Positions 12,910-25,089 of a stretch of DNA of 64,000 bases are shown here, piece after piece (within the stretch, counting starts at the first letter, position 1; the number at the start of each line of letters is the position of its first letter). The translations under genes and the position numbers were made by a program. The notes beneath the pieces were generated by a model. It had not been told where the DNA came from. It saw only the letters and a list, made by a program, of their open reading frames with translations, and made no database searches. Source of the DNA: Malacoraja senta (taxonomy: Eukaryota); the NCBI GenBank assembly GCA_038087875.1, contig CM075991.1:10170001-10234000 (forward strand). The letters are read 5' to 3'.

Positions 12910-13203
12910 TTCTTCTTCTCCTGCCTTGTACTTCTTTGTAGTTTAAATGTCTGCAAACCCTCTACACGAGATAATTCCTCATCTCAATCATCAATGGAGA
13001 CCCCGTCATATTGGACCTGTGCGCGACGAGCAAAATTGGGTCAGAATCTCTAGGCATTTCGTCAAGAGTCCTGTCTCAGTGATGCCTCCTCTTGTTCTTC
13101 CAACCTCTCATGAATATGGGCCAATCTTACTCACCCTCTCCAAGGCCACACTCACTCCCTCGGAATCAAATCAGTGAATCAGACAACTAATTGCAAAGGA
13201 TAC

Positions 13204-13752
13204 ATAGATACATAGAAAATAGGTGCAGGAGTAGGCCATTCGGCCTTTCGAGCCTGCACCGCCATTCAATATGATCATGGCTGATCATCCAACTCAGTAT
13301 CCCGTACCTGCTTCTCTCCATACCCCCTGATCCCCTTAGCCACAAGGGCCACATCTAACTCCCTCTTAAATATAGCCAATGAACTGGCCTCAACTACCCT
13401 CTGTGGCAGAGAGTTCCAGAGATTCACCACTCTCTGTGTGAAAAAGTTTTTCCTCATCTCGGTCCTAAAGGATTTCCCCCTTATCCTTAAGCTGTGACCC
13501 CTTGTCCTGGACTTCCCCAACATCGGGAACAATCTTCCTGCATCTAGCCTGTCCAACCCCATAAGAATTTTGTACGTTTCTATAAGATCCCCTCTCAATC
13601 TCCTAAATTCTAGCGAGTATAAGCCAAGTCTATCCAGTCTTTCTTCATATGAAAGTCCTGACATCCCAGGAATCAGTCTGGTGAACCTTCTCTGCACTCC
13701 CTCTATGGCTATAATGTCCTTCCTCAGATTCGGAGACCAAAACTGTACGCAA
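13204..13752 (-). mobile_element. CR1 LINE 3' end, (TTTCTATG)-tail subfamily
   Basis: ORF 13275..13697 QRRFTRLIPGMSGLSYEERLDRLGLYSLEFRRLRGDLIETYKI...FFTQRVVNLWNSLP. Confidence 0.92.
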
Positions 13753-14470
13753 TTCAGCTGGGCACAAGGTCACGAGAGGAACTTAGAGTTGCAAAGCCTC
13801 ATTAACTTCTTGGTGTTGTTGGTTCCAGAGACTCCCAAACAGAATCGGCCCACGTGAGAGTCAACAAAAGCCATTACTCAGTGAGAGGACATTGATCAAA
13901 AAAGTTGTCTAGTCCGGGCTCCTTGTTTAAACCAGGAAACCACAATACTCCGCAATTAATAGCAGGCACACATTTACTTTGCAACCGGCTTCCCTTTCTT
14001 ACATCATCTCAATCACTTCCTGTACATTTCCACATGAGAGCTGCTACAATTGTTGTGACATTACTGGTAAGTCAACGGACTGTTGCAAAAGCATTTCACA
14101 GCAGGTCGGAATGTTTCAGAAGGAACTTCAGATGCTGGAAAATGGGAGGTAGACAAAAATGCTGGATAAACTCAGCGGGTGAGGCAGCGGTCTATGGAGC
14201 GAAGGAAATAGGTGACGTTTTTTGTCTACCTTCACTGCAGGATAGACGTAGTTAGGGCAGGTTTACACTCAAGCCCAAAGCAAGATGGGTTTCTTATGCA
14301 ATCGTCCATCAGGAGGAATCAAAAAGAACAATTTGAGTTGTGTTCTTTGCAGTTTAAAAGAATGAGGGGATCAACTTTTGAGATACATCGAGTAAACAGG
14401 CCACTGAGTCATCACCAACCACCAATCATCCCGTACACCTTGAGGAGATTTCCCAGTGGAGCTGTCAAAA

Positions 14471-14790
14471 TGTGTAGGAAGGAACTGCAGGAGTCTGAAG
14501 AAGGGTCTCGACCCGAAACGTCACCCATTTCCTTCTCTCCAGAGATGCTGCCTGTCCCGCTGAGTTACTCCAGCATTTTGTGTCTACCTTCGATTTAAAC
14601 CAGCATCTGCAGTTCTCTCCTCCACAAGGAACTGCAGATGCTGGTTTATACCGGATAGACACAAATGCTGGAGTAACTCAGTTGGCCAGGCAACATCTCT
14701 GGAGAAAAATAAGTGGTGATGTCTGACCAGAAACATCACCTATTCATTTTCTCCAAAGATACTGCCTGACCCGCTGAGTTACTCCAGCAT
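14471..14790. mobile_element. Two adjacent Penelope pseudo-LTR modules; intact hammerhead core at 14495-14522 (+)
   Basis: CTGAAGAAGGGTCTCGACCCGAAACGTC at 14495-14522. Fold-back second module at 14627-14790. Confidence 0.75.
14495..14522 (+). ncRNA. Minimal type-I hammerhead ribozyme core (predicted)
   Basis: CUGAAGA box, helix II GGGU-CUCG-ACCC, GAAA box, palindromic ACGU in place of helix III, GUC cleavage triplet. Confidence 0.65.
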
Positions 14791-15127
14791 TGGGGAAGTC
14801 CAGGACAAGGGGTTACAGCTTAAGGATAAGGGGGAAATCCTTTAAGACCGAGATGAGGAAAAACTTTTCACACAGAGAGTGGTGAATCTCTGGAACTCTC
14901 TGCCACAGAGGGTAGTTGAGGCCAGTTCATTGGCTATATTTAAGAGGGAGTTAGATGTGGCCCTTGTGGCTAAAGGGATCAGGGGGTATGGAAAGAAGGC
15001 AGGTACGGGATACTGAGTTGGATGATCAGCCATGATCATATTGAATGGCGGTGCAGGCTCGAAGGCCGAATGGCCTACTCCTGCACCTATTTTTCTATGT
15101 TTCTATGTTTCTATGTTTCTATGTCTC
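14790..15127 (+). mobile_element. CR1 LINE 3' end
   Basis: GGGAAGTCCAGGACAAGGGG...GTGGTGAATCTCTGGAACTCTCTGCC...(TTTCTATG)n. Confidence 0.9.
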
Positions 15128-15328
15128 TATCTTCAGTAGAAACCAGCATCCGGAGTTCCTCTGGTGATTTGCACATAGTTCCAGCTCCTGCAGTTCCTTG
15201 TTCCTAGATTTTAATGCAGAGACCTAACGAGTCCCAAATCTGCTTGGGTGTAGATGATTCAAGCTGTCTATATTGATCATCTGATGGATGGAATAAAATC
15301 AGTGGCCGTGCAATACAGGTAAGTGCAA

Positions 15329-15421
15329 GGTAGACAAAAGTGCTGGAGAAACTCAGCGGGTGCAGCAGCATCTATGGAGCGAAGGAAATAGGCAACGTTT
15401 CGGGCCGAAACCCTTCTTCAG
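15329..15421 (-). mobile_element. 93-bp Penelope pseudo-LTR module with an intact hammerhead core and 14-bp TSD
   Basis: 15394-15421 reverse complement is CTGAAGAAGGGTTTCGGCCCGAAACGTT. TSD ACAGGTAAGTGCAA at 15315-15328 and 15422-15435. Confidence 0.8.
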
Positions 15422-15631
15422 ACAGGTAAGTGCAATCTCAGTCAGTCAAAGTCTCTCCCCTGTCAGGGAGTTTGCAGGTTAAAGTACCAACTCCAGGTAT
15501 TTCAGAACAAAATGCGCGGTAGACACATGTACCAGTGTGGTACTGAGGTGATGTTTGTGGAATCCATTTTAAAATGGGTACTGTTTACTCTTCAAGGCAA
15601 ACAAAAAATTCCATGCAGTGATTCTCGTCAA

Positions 15632-15930
15632 CATGGTGGCGCAGCGGTAGAGTTGCTGCTTTACAGCGCTTGCACCAACAGAGACCCGGGTTCGATCCCG
15701 ACTACGGATGCTGTCTGTACGGAGTTTGTATGTTCTACCCGTGACCTGCATGGGTTTCCTCCGAGATCTTTGGTTTCCTCCCACGTTCCAAGGGCGTACA
15801 TGTTTGTAGGTTAATTGGCTTGGTATAAGTGTAAATTGTACAGAGTGTATGTTAATCTGTGGGGGTTGTTGGTTGGTGCGGACCCGGTGGGCTGCAGGGG
15901 CCTGTTTCCGCGTGTTATCTCTAAACTAAA
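15632..15930 (+). mobile_element. tRNA-derived SINE
   Basis: A box TGGCGCAGCGG, B box GGTTCGATCCC. Confidence 0.85.
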
Positions 15931-16720
15931 ATAGTATTGTGCCGACAATTAATCCCTCTGTTCTTTCGGTCGGAACTATTCCACTGGATATTAAATCCTG
16001 TGGTTGTGAGAGGGGCTATGCAAATGCAACCTTTTGGAACATGAAGGCATTGATTGCTGACACAAAAGGCTTTAGCAATTAGAATCTGCACTGCCCCAGT
16101 AAAATTAAAATCTAATTCAACGCTAGTCAAATAAGCAACATATGCTGCAACTATGGCTGATGTAATGTAAGCATTGAAACCCAGTGCTGCTCACTGTCAG
16201 AAATAATGGGACCACAGGCATGCTTCGTGCCCTCATAACAGATCATTTCACACGCTGAAAATGAAGTAAAAATTGTCTATAACCTGATCCAGATTGTGCA
16301 AGCCATACTCTCAGTAAATCTCCACCAGCAAGCGGACAATGGGAGACAAATGCATCCTTTTTCTTAGAAATAATTCAATGATAAACACGTGTGCGGTTAT
16401 TGTTGATAGCAAAGAACATTAAGGGACTGCAGCCCAGATCTCAAAATGCTGCATTTCCCAGAAACCCCAGTTAACCTTCAGTGGGAAAAGCTACAAATAA
16501 ATATTGGCAGGAAATCCTCTTTCCCCAGGACAATTTCCGATGTATCCAGATGACCACTAGAATGGCCAAGGCATAGAAGGCTTCACGATTAGTACAGATA
16601 GATATTTGGTGGTCAGCCTGGATGCGGTGGGTGAAAGAATCCGTGTCGATGATTTTGGGAGTAAAATTATGTTTCCTTGCAAAACTTCCGTTTATTCAGC
16701 AACTCAGTTTCCACATAAAG

Positions 16721-16967
16721 CGTTCTTTTAGGAAGGAGATGAGGAGGAATTTCTTTAGAGGGTGGCGAATCTGTGGAATTCTTTGCCGCAGAAGGCTGTG
16801 GTGGCCAAGTCAATGGATATTGTTAAGGCTAGAGATAGATAGATTCTTGATTAGTACGGGTGTCAGGGGTTATGGGGAGAAGGCATGAGAATGGGGTTAG
16901 GAGGGAGAGATAGATCAGCCATGATTGATGGGCCATTTAGCCTAATTATGCTATCTCATGATCTTAT
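16721..16967 (+). mobile_element. CR1 LINE 3' end (third subfamily)
   Basis: TTTAGGAAGGAGATGAGGAGGAATTTCTTT...GGTTATGGGGAGAAGGC...GATCAGCCATGATTGA. Confidence 0.8.
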
Positions 16968-17100
16968 GGTAAAAAAAAATTATTAATTTATACAGAGTCT
17001 TCCACAATCGATGCCATCCCAATGGATGCAGCAATTGGTATGAGTTGCTTTGTCATGGGTAAGAGCGATATGCAGGCAGCATCATTGGACATTGCAACAT

Positions 17101-17390
17101 AGGGCAGCACAGTGGCACAGCAGGTGGAACTGCTGCCTCACAGTGCCAGAGTCCCGGGAACAATCCCAACTCCTGGAGCTATTTGCGTGGAGTTTGCATG
17201 TTCTCCCTGAACCGCGTGGGTTTCCTCCCACATCCCAAACCCATGCGGGTTTGCAGATGAATTGGCCTCTGTAAATTATCCCCGGTGTGCAGGGAGTGGA
17301 GGCAGAAGTGGAATAACATAGATCTTGTGTGAATGGGTGCTCGATGGTCGACTGGAGGGCCTGCTTCCATCACGTAACATCCAATCAATC
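17101..17390 (+). mobile_element. Diverged tRNA-derived SINE
   Basis: Degenerate match to the SINE consensus. Confidence 0.65.
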
Positions 17391-17812
17391 ACAAAAAACT
17401 GTTTTAGAGATGCATTTCAAGGGGAAATAAACAGTGCACCAGGGAAAACTCAAAAACGAAAATCTGTGGAGAGAAATAAAAAATCACCGACCTGAAACAT
17501 TTGCTCGGTTTCTCTCTCTACTGATGCTCTTTGAATTGCTGAGTATTCCCAGCCTCTGGTCGACCACACAATGCAACATGTTCACTTTAGTTTAGTTTAG
17601 AGATGCAGCGCGGAAACAGGCCCTTCGGCCCACTGAGTCCGTGCCGACCAGTGTTCCCCGCACACTAACACTGTCCTGCACACACTTGGGGCAAATTTGC
17701 AATTTTTACCGAAGCCAATTTGATGCGTTCAGGTAAATTGTTTTTGACATGCTGAAACATAGTCTAAGGTTATTTTATCCGAAGGAACATCGCCTCTGCT
17801 ACAAGTGTTTTA

Positions 17813-18131
17813 AACCCCTGTCACACGGTACGAGTTCATTCCAAGAGTTCTCCTGAGTTTGCCCTGATTCGAACTCGGAGATTTACGGTAATGGCCACTC
17901 GTCGGTACTCGGGGCTCTCGTGGACATTTTTCATCATGTTGAAAAATCTTCACGAGTCTTCCCGTGCTTACCTGCCGTTAGCGAGTCTTCCTGAGTACCT
18001 GCCGTTAGCGCTAAGAGACGTCCCCGAGCTCCGACGTACCCGCTACGTTCATTCTCCGTGCTTACCACGAGTTTGATTTTTTTAAACTCGGGACAGCTCT
18101 TGAAATGAACTCGCACCGTGGGACAGGGCTA
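17813..18131. mobile_element. Non-autonomous DNA transposon (PIF/Harbinger-type MITE)
   Basis: About 35-bp imperfect TIR CCCTGTCACACGGTACGAGTTCATTCCAAGAG / CTCTTGAAATGAACTCGCACCGTGGGACAGGG. TTA on both flanks. No ORF. Confidence 0.75.
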
Positions 18132-19262
18132 TTACACATTTGGACAGTGCATGTCAACATTGTAAGAGCAACCACAAAACACGCAGACTGATGCAGAGAT
18201 AGCAGGGAAGAAGATTTAATTAGCCTTGTGGTCCATTTCAACCTCGGCTGCAACTTATGTAACACACAGGCCTTCGAAAAAGCCATCTTAACAAGAGTGG
18301 AATAAACCAGTTTGGCAACTGATAAACAAGTTAAAAATATACAGAAAAAAAAAAAATTGTCATTCATTTGACTGCACATTCCATGCCAAGCCTCGTTTTG
18401 TCATCGAAGATACTGGCCAAAACTAACAGATTTATTCACTTTGATTTGAGTTACATCCAAGTAAGTGAATAGAAATTCCTTTTTAAGTACATGTTGAAAG
18501 TTTTACTGAAATAAGACTTAGCCCGGGTGTTTCCCTCTGACTGTCCCGATGCCCCCTAAAACAAACCCTTATGACTAAACACACAAGGGACAGTATTTGA
18601 CTCTCAAATAGGTTGCACACATCAGTGGTCCTTCCCCTTCTTATAATCTCGCGTCACTCCACCTCATCAACCCATCCAGTGAAAATTCCACTGCGTCTCG
18701 TTAACAAGCAACAAAAGCCATGCTGAAGCATCAAAACAAATTAAACTTTGCCAGGCAAGTCCTGACAGTCAGAGGAACCTTTAAGCGCCACGTTAGTTGA
18801 GCGGTCTGTGGAGAATTTCAATTAGTTGCATTATGTACAGAGTACAATCCCTTCAGCATTGCTGGGGAGGGCTGGCAGCCTGCCAGCTTCAAGCCGACTT
18901 AAGCGAGGCGCAAGGACATGCAACGTTTATGTCTGCACGTTGGAATAAAAAAGGGTCCAAAGTGCTTTGAAAATAAGTGCAGGATGGAGGTGGAATGCTT
19001 GGTGAGACGTCTCATTGTAAAACATCCCAAGCCGCTTCTCAGGGCTGCAGCCGAACAAACAATCTTCCAAACAGGTTTCTGGAAGTTAAGGAAGCTGAAG
19101 CAATAGGCAGATGATACATATAAAATACGATACGATAGAACGTTATTTTTCCCAGGAGGGAAATTGAGGGATGTGCAAAGATTGGGGAGGGGGGGGGGGG
19201 GGGGGGGGAGATTCAGTCTCAGTCTACCCCACGACAGAAGGGGGAGGAGATGCAAAGTTGTA

Positions 19263-19487
19263 AATGCTGGAGCAACTCAGCAGGACAGGCAGCATCTCTG
19301 GAGAGGAGGAATGGGTGACCTTTTGGGCGGAGACACTTGTTCAGACCCAGATTCAGTCTGAAGAAGGGTCTTGACTCGAAACGTCACCCATTCCTTCTCT
19401 CCGGAGATGCTGCCCGTCTCGCTGAGTTACTCCAGCATTTTGTGTCGACCTTCGGTGTAAACCAGCATCTGCACTTCCTTCCTACAC
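19263..19487. mobile_element. Fold-back Penelope pseudo-LTR module; hammerhead core at 19358-19385 (+)
   Basis: CTGAAGAAGGGTCTTGACTCGAAACGTC, with inverted arms. Confidence 0.75.
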
Positions 19488-20160
19488 AGGAAGTTATGAT
19501 ACAGCTTTATCGGACTTCTGTTAGGCCGCATTTTGTGAGGCCACACTGCGTGCAGTCCTGGTCGCCCCTTTACAGGATGGATGTGGAGACTTTGGATAGG
19601 GTGCAGAGGAGGTTTAACAGGATGATGCCTGGATTAAGAGGTATTGGCTACAGGGAGAATTGGACAAAGTTGGAATGTTTTCTCTGGAATGCTGGAAGCT
19701 GTAGGGAGAGCTGACAGAAGTGTGCACAAATTATGAGGGTCATAGGTCGGGTAGATGGGCAGAATTTTTTTTTCCCAGGATGGAAAAAATCTAATACTAG
19801 TGGGCATAATTTTTAGGTAAGATGGGGAGAATGTCAAAGGAGATGTGTGGGAGAGACTTTATACAGAGGGTTGTGAGTGCCTGGAACAAATTCCATGGGT
19901 GCTGGTTGAGGCAGATAAACGAGAATGGTGTTTAATAGACAATAGGTGCAGGAGTAGGCCATTCGGCCCTTTGAGCCAGCACCGCCATTCAATGTGATCA
20001 TGGCTGATCATCCCCATTTAAGAGACTTTTGAATAGGCACATGGTTATACAAGGAATGGAGGGATATGGATTATACGCGTGCAGATAAAATTTGATCTTG
20101 GCATTATGATCGGCACGGACATTGTGGGCCGAAGGGCCTGTTTCTGTGCCGTCATCTCTG
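19488..20160 (+). mobile_element. Older CR1 (HER1-like) 3' region with a nested inverted younger CR1 tail (about 19935-20015)
   Basis: EVMIQLYRTSVRPH...CVQSWSP.YR.DVETLDRVQRRFNRMMPGL; ends GGGCCGAAGGGCCTGTTTCTGTGC. Confidence 0.8.
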
Positions 20161-20194
20161 TTCTATGAGGAACAACTGAAAATGATTTTAAATC

Positions 20195-20294
20195 ATCAGT
20201 CTGAAGAAGGGTCTCGACCCGAAACGTCACCTATTCCTTCGCCCCACAGATGCTGCCTCACCCGCTGAGTTTCTCCAGCATTTTTGCCTGCCTT
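20195..20294 (+). mobile_element. Penelope pseudo-LTR module; intact hammerhead core at 20201-20228
   Basis: CATCAGT-CTGAAGAAGGGTCTCGACCCGAAACGTC-ACCTATTCC. Confidence 0.75.
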
Positions 20295-20799
20295 AAATAA
20301 GCCCTGATGAGTTTCGGAGTTACCTTGGGGGAGTAAGATTAGCTACATTCAAAAGCTTTCAAAACATATTCATTAGTAAATTTGCACCCAAGTGTTTAAT
20401 TACTGGAGCCTCACGAACAAGCAATTAATGGATATTCCCAATGGTGATTAATCTATCTTCAGCGTCGGTTTATTTCTGGAGCAACTATGAACCAGTGCAA
20501 GATATCAGGGGAAATTATTTGGCAACATTAACTCCAATTCAAAATTGCACACAAACAAAGATCATTAGTGAGTAATGAACAGACCCCTGGTGAATCTAAG
20601 TGGGTCAGGCAGCGTCTGAGGAGGGAAATGGATGGAAGACATTTCGGGTCAGGACCCAAAACATGTCTGGAGACACAAGGAACCGCTGATGCTGCTTTAC
20701 AAAAGGCTCAAAGTGCTGGAGTAACTCAGCAGGTCAGGCACAAGACACAGATAGGCGACGTTTTGGATTGCGACCATTCTTACAAGCATTCTTCAGACA

Positions 20800-21166
20800 G
20801 ATTGTTAAGGGCTTGGACACGCTAGAGGCAGGAAACATGTTCCCGATGTTGGGGGAGTCCAGAACCAGGGGCCACAGTTTAAGAATAAGGAGTAAGCCAT
20901 TTAGAACGGAGACGAGGAAACACTTTTTCTCACAGAGAGTGGTGAGTCTGTGGAATTCTCTGCCTCAGAGGGCGGTGGAGGCCGGTTCTCTGGATGCTTT
21001 CAAGAGAGAGCTAGATAGGGATCTTAAAAATAGCGGAGTCAGGGGATATGGGTAGAAGGCAGGAACGGGGTACTGATTGGGGATGATTAGCCATGATCAC
21101 ATTGAATGGCGGTGCTGGCTCGAAGGGCCGAATGGCCTACTCCTGCACCTATTGTCTATTGTCTAT
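20800..21166 (+). mobile_element. CR1 LINE 3' end, (TATTGTC)n tail
   Basis: ORF 20768..21055 IVKGLDTLEAGNMFPMLGESRTRGHSLRIRSKPF... Confidence 0.9.
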
Positions 21167-22216
21167 TGATTGTATTCGGGGGTGAGAGAAAGCTGGAAAG
21201 AGATAGGGGTATGGGCAAAGCCCGGCAAGTGATAGGTGGATACAGGTAAGGGTGGGTTTAATGAGCAGATGGGTGGACTTAGGCTGGAAACATTGTCTGT
21301 CCATTTCCTGCCACAGATGCAGCCTGACCCAGCGAGTTCCTCCAGCAGTCTGCCTAGAGTCATAGAGTGATACAGCGTGAAAACAGGCCCTTCGGCCCAA
21401 CTTGCCCACACTGCCCAACATGTCCCAGCTACACTAGTCCCACCTGTCCGCAGTTGGTCCATATCCCTCCAACCTGTCCTTTTTGCTCCAGATTCCAGCA
21501 TCTGCAGGCTCTTGAGACTCCATCACTAGTACATAGTCGACAACTTGAAAAAACACTTGATCAGTAAGGGTGTCAAGTGTGGAGAAGGCAGGAGAATGTG
21601 GTTGAGAGGGAAAGACAGATGAGCCATGATTGAATGGCGAGGTAGACTTGATAGGCCGAATGGCCTAATTCTGCTCCTATAATAAGGTATGAACCATGAA
21701 CTGATGAAAACCCGGTATATCTGTCACAAAGAAATGCACTTCTACTAAACTATTATATCCCTTTGTGGGTTGCTCAGAACCCGTAAACCCGCCTATTGTT
21801 ATATTGCTAGTAAACTTATGCGGTCACAGAATGTGCAAACTCTACGCAAACAGCACCCAAGATCAGGATCGAACCTGGGTCTCTGGCACATTGAACCTGC
21901 AGATCTACCAGCTGCGCCACTGTGCCCCCTCGTTGATCATTCTTACTTTGCGTATCAGCCATGGCTCAGTGGAAAGCACGCTTGTTTTTGCTGCCAAGAG
22001 TTTGGTTCCAACTCCGAGGTTCAACTTCAACAGTGGCGTGGGTTTCCTCCCACACTCCAAAGGCGGACAGGTCGGCAGACGGATTGGCTCGGTAAAAATT
22101 GTAAATTGTCCCTAGTGTGTAGGATACTGCTAATGTACAGGTATCGCTGGTCAGCGCGGGCTCGGTGGGACGAAAGGCCTGTTTCCGCGCTCTGTCTCTA
22201 AGCTCCCATTATAAGA

Positions 22217-22472
22217 AGATAGACACAAAAAGCTGGAGTAACTCAGCGGGACAGGCAGAAACTCTGGAGAGAAGCAATGGGAGATGTTTTGGGTCAGACT
22301 GAAGAAGGGTCTCGACCCGAAACGTCACCCATTCCTTCAGTCTGAAGAAGGGTCTCGACCCGAAACGTCACCTATTCCTTCTCCCCAGAGATGCTGCCTG
22401 CCCCGCTGAGTTACTCCAGCTTTTTGTGTCTATCTACGGTTTAAACCAGCATCTGCAGTTCCTTCCTGCACA
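22217..22472. mobile_element. Fold-back Penelope pseudo-LTR module with two tandem intact hammerhead cores
   Basis: Identical CTGAAGAAGGGTCTCGACCCGAAACGTC at 22299-22326 and 22342-22369. Imperfect flanking repeat CATTA(T/C)AAGA at 22207-22216 and 22477-22486. Confidence 0.8.
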
Positions 22473-23349
22473 TCCTCATTACAAGACACAGCATAAGAAT
22501 CTAGGCTGATATTTGAGTGGAGGTTGAGATTCTGACTGACTCTAAGAAAGAAGACTGGTGATGTTGGCAAGGTACAGTGCAAGCACTTTCCTTTTTATGG
22601 GACTCAGTGGGGAGTGATTGCTAGCTGGCTGCCTCATTAATGATTCAATCCCATAAAAACAATCTACCAGGAAGAGGGGAACCATCAGACGTAATGGGAA
22701 ACCACGGGAAAAGCAATCGGAGAAAGAATATTAATTTTGAAGATAAGATCATTTATTCAGTAACAGCAGCCAGTGGCACCATTGGTGCAGCAGGTAGAGC
22801 TGCTGCCTCACAGCGCTGGAGACCCTGATTCAATGCCGATCTCAGATGCTGCCTTTGTGGAGTTTGCACGTTCTCCTTGTGACCACGTGGGTTTTCGCCG
22901 AGTGCTGTCCCCTCACCCAGTCCAAAGACGTGCAAGTTTGCATGTTGAGTGGCCCTGAGAAAGTGGGATAACATTGAACAAGAGTGATCGGGGGATCAGT
23001 GGTCGGTGTGGACTCGGCCCGTTTCCTAACACTTCGGCCGTATCACTAACACTTTGTCTTGTCGAGTCCACAGACAAGTTTAGAAGTTGTTCAGCCAGCG
23101 CTGAACACACTTCTCGGCATCTGCGTACAATGGTGTCTGTCTTGTCACTTCTTGTGCGTGGTGGTGGAAACAGGGCCGTGGCGTGAACGATCTTTCCTTG
23201 ACCCCATCTTTAACACTAAACTGAATTAAATAAGCTGTTTCTTGGCCTTTTAGAAATTGGCGCAGTAGTGATTCTTTCAAGCCTTTTTATTTACAGAGGA
23301 GAAGTTCGGCACATTGGGACATTAGTAATCTGCCACAATGGCACAAGAG

Positions 23350-23668
23350 CGTGGCACAGTGGCGCAGCGGTAGAGTTGCTGCGTTACAGCGCCAGAGAAC
23401 CGGGTTCGATCCCCACCCCGGGTGCTGTCAGTACAGCGTTTGTTCGTTCTCCCTGTGACCACGTGGGTTTTCACCGGGTGCTCTGGTTTCCTCCCGCACT
23501 CCACACAAGAATTACAGGTTTGCAGGTTGATCAGCTTTGGTAAAAATTGTAAATTGTCCCTAGTGTGTGTAGGATGGTGTTAGCGTACCGGGTGATCGGC
23601 GGTCGGCGTAGACTCAGTGGGCCGAAGGGCCTGTTTCCGCGCTGTATCTCCAAAGTAAAACTAAACTC
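23350..23668 (+). mobile_element. tRNA-derived SINE
   Basis: A and B boxes, conserved body, tail GGGCCGAAGGGCCTGTTTCCGCGCTGTATCTC. Confidence 0.88.
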
Positions 23669-23789
23669 AAAAATTCATACTGCAGATAGACACAAAATGC
23701 TGGAGTAACAGCCGGTCAGGCAGTATCTCTGGAGAGAAGGAATAGGTGACGTTTTGGGTCGAGACCTTTCTTCAGACTGCTCATACTGA

Positions 23790-24650
23790 CTTGACAAAGG
23801 ACAAAGGACATTTATTGTCACGTACATGAATTGGTGCAGTGAAATTTGAGTTGCCATTGCAGCACACCAATAAAAATAAAACACAACATTAGAGAATTTA
23901 ACATAAAACATAAAAACATAAGACATCCCCCCACAATGGTTCCCACTGTGAGGGAAGGCAGCAAAGTACAGTCCTCTTCCTCTTGTTCACCCGTGGTCGG
24001 GGCCTATTGAGGCCTCCGCAGTCGCCGCGACAGCAGCCCGATGCTGCAGGCCCTCTCGCCGGATGATGGAGCTCCGGCGTCGGGAGAACACTCTTCAGCG
24101 GCTCGGAGTGTCTGGAACGGCCGCTTGCTGCCAGAGACCGCGGCTCCCGAAGTCCACAGGCCACGATGGTCAGAGCTCCAACACTGGCGATCTCGGAGAG
24201 AGAGATCCCAGGCTCCGCGGTGTTTAAACTCAGCGCCTCCCCGCAGCTGGACGCTCCGCGACCACAGCTCCGCGATGTTGGAGTCGGCGGTCTCAGCACT
24301 CCGGAGCTTACCACACGGCGACCCGGGTAAGGCATCGCCCGCTCTGCGCTGGTACTTCAGCGCTGCGCCGCCGCCGAAGCTGAAGTTCTGGCCGGTCCCG
24401 GCAGGAAACGCCGCTCCAGTCCCGATGGTAGGCCGCGAGGAAGGGGCGAAGTTGCGGCTCGGAGAAGACGCATCTCCGACCAGGTAGGGACTGAGAAAAA
24501 CGGTTTCCCCCTTCCCCCCCCCCCCCACCCCCCACATAAAAAGTCTAGACCTCCAAAACAAAAACTTATTAACACACTAAAAATAAAAAAAGGGGTGAAA
24601 GGACGAACCTGCAGGCAGGGCAGCCATACTCGACGGCGCCCCCACTCGAA
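23790..24650 (-). mobile_element. GC-rich non-coding retroelement with Rex1-like 5' and 3' ends (putative non-autonomous)
   Basis: Minus strand begins GGGGGCGCCGTCGAGTATGGCTGCC and ends TTTCACTGCACC...GTGACAATAAATG(TCCTTTG)n. CpG-rich interior with no recognisable protein. Confidence 0.5.
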
Positions 24651-24681
24651 CAGTCAACGCAGTGGGCCTGAAGCACACTAA

Positions 24682-25045
24682 AGGGGCTGTCCCACTGCGG
24701 CGACCCAATAGGCGAGTTTAGAAGAGTTTGCCCTCGACTCATACTCGCATCATGGTCGACACGTGGTCCTAGGAGGTCTTTGTAACTCTCCTTCATGCTC
24801 GAGAGTGGTCCCCGCGTACTCGAGGCATCAGCTAGGTCGCGGCGTAATTTTCAACATGCTGAAAAATGCCCGCGAGTAAAAAAAGGTCGCCATGGAAAAA
24901 AATCGGCATGTTAGTCGTAGGTAATCGAGGGTAGTCGAAGCTAGTCTTCAACATAGTCGAAGGAGGTCTTCAACATGACCCTTTTTCAAACTCTCCTAAA
25001 CTCTTCTAAACTTGCCAATTAGGTCGCCACAGTGGGACAGCCCCT
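24682..25045. mobile_element. PIF/Harbinger-type MITE
   Basis: Perfect 16-bp TIR AGGGGCTGTCCCACTG / CAGTGGGACAGCCCCT, extending imperfectly inward. TAA TSD at 24679-24681 and 25046-25048. Confidence 0.85.
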
Positions 25046-25089
25046 TAACAGAGGTGATATGATGCAGGAGTGACAGCCAGAGAGGGTTG

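Noticed and set aside
19016..19050. miR-30-like TGTAAAACATCCC
   Set aside because: It has an extra A relative to the seed and no complementary hairpin arm.
22217..22472. Reading the fold-back modules as DNA-transposon MITEs
   Set aside because: Termini and TSD lengths vary, and the sequence is contiguous with Penelope GIY-YIG coding remnants elsewhere.
23898..24575. Overlapping 145-185 aa ORFs on both strands
   Set aside because: They are a by-product of high GC. No recognisable domain, and the region behaves as a dispersed repeat.
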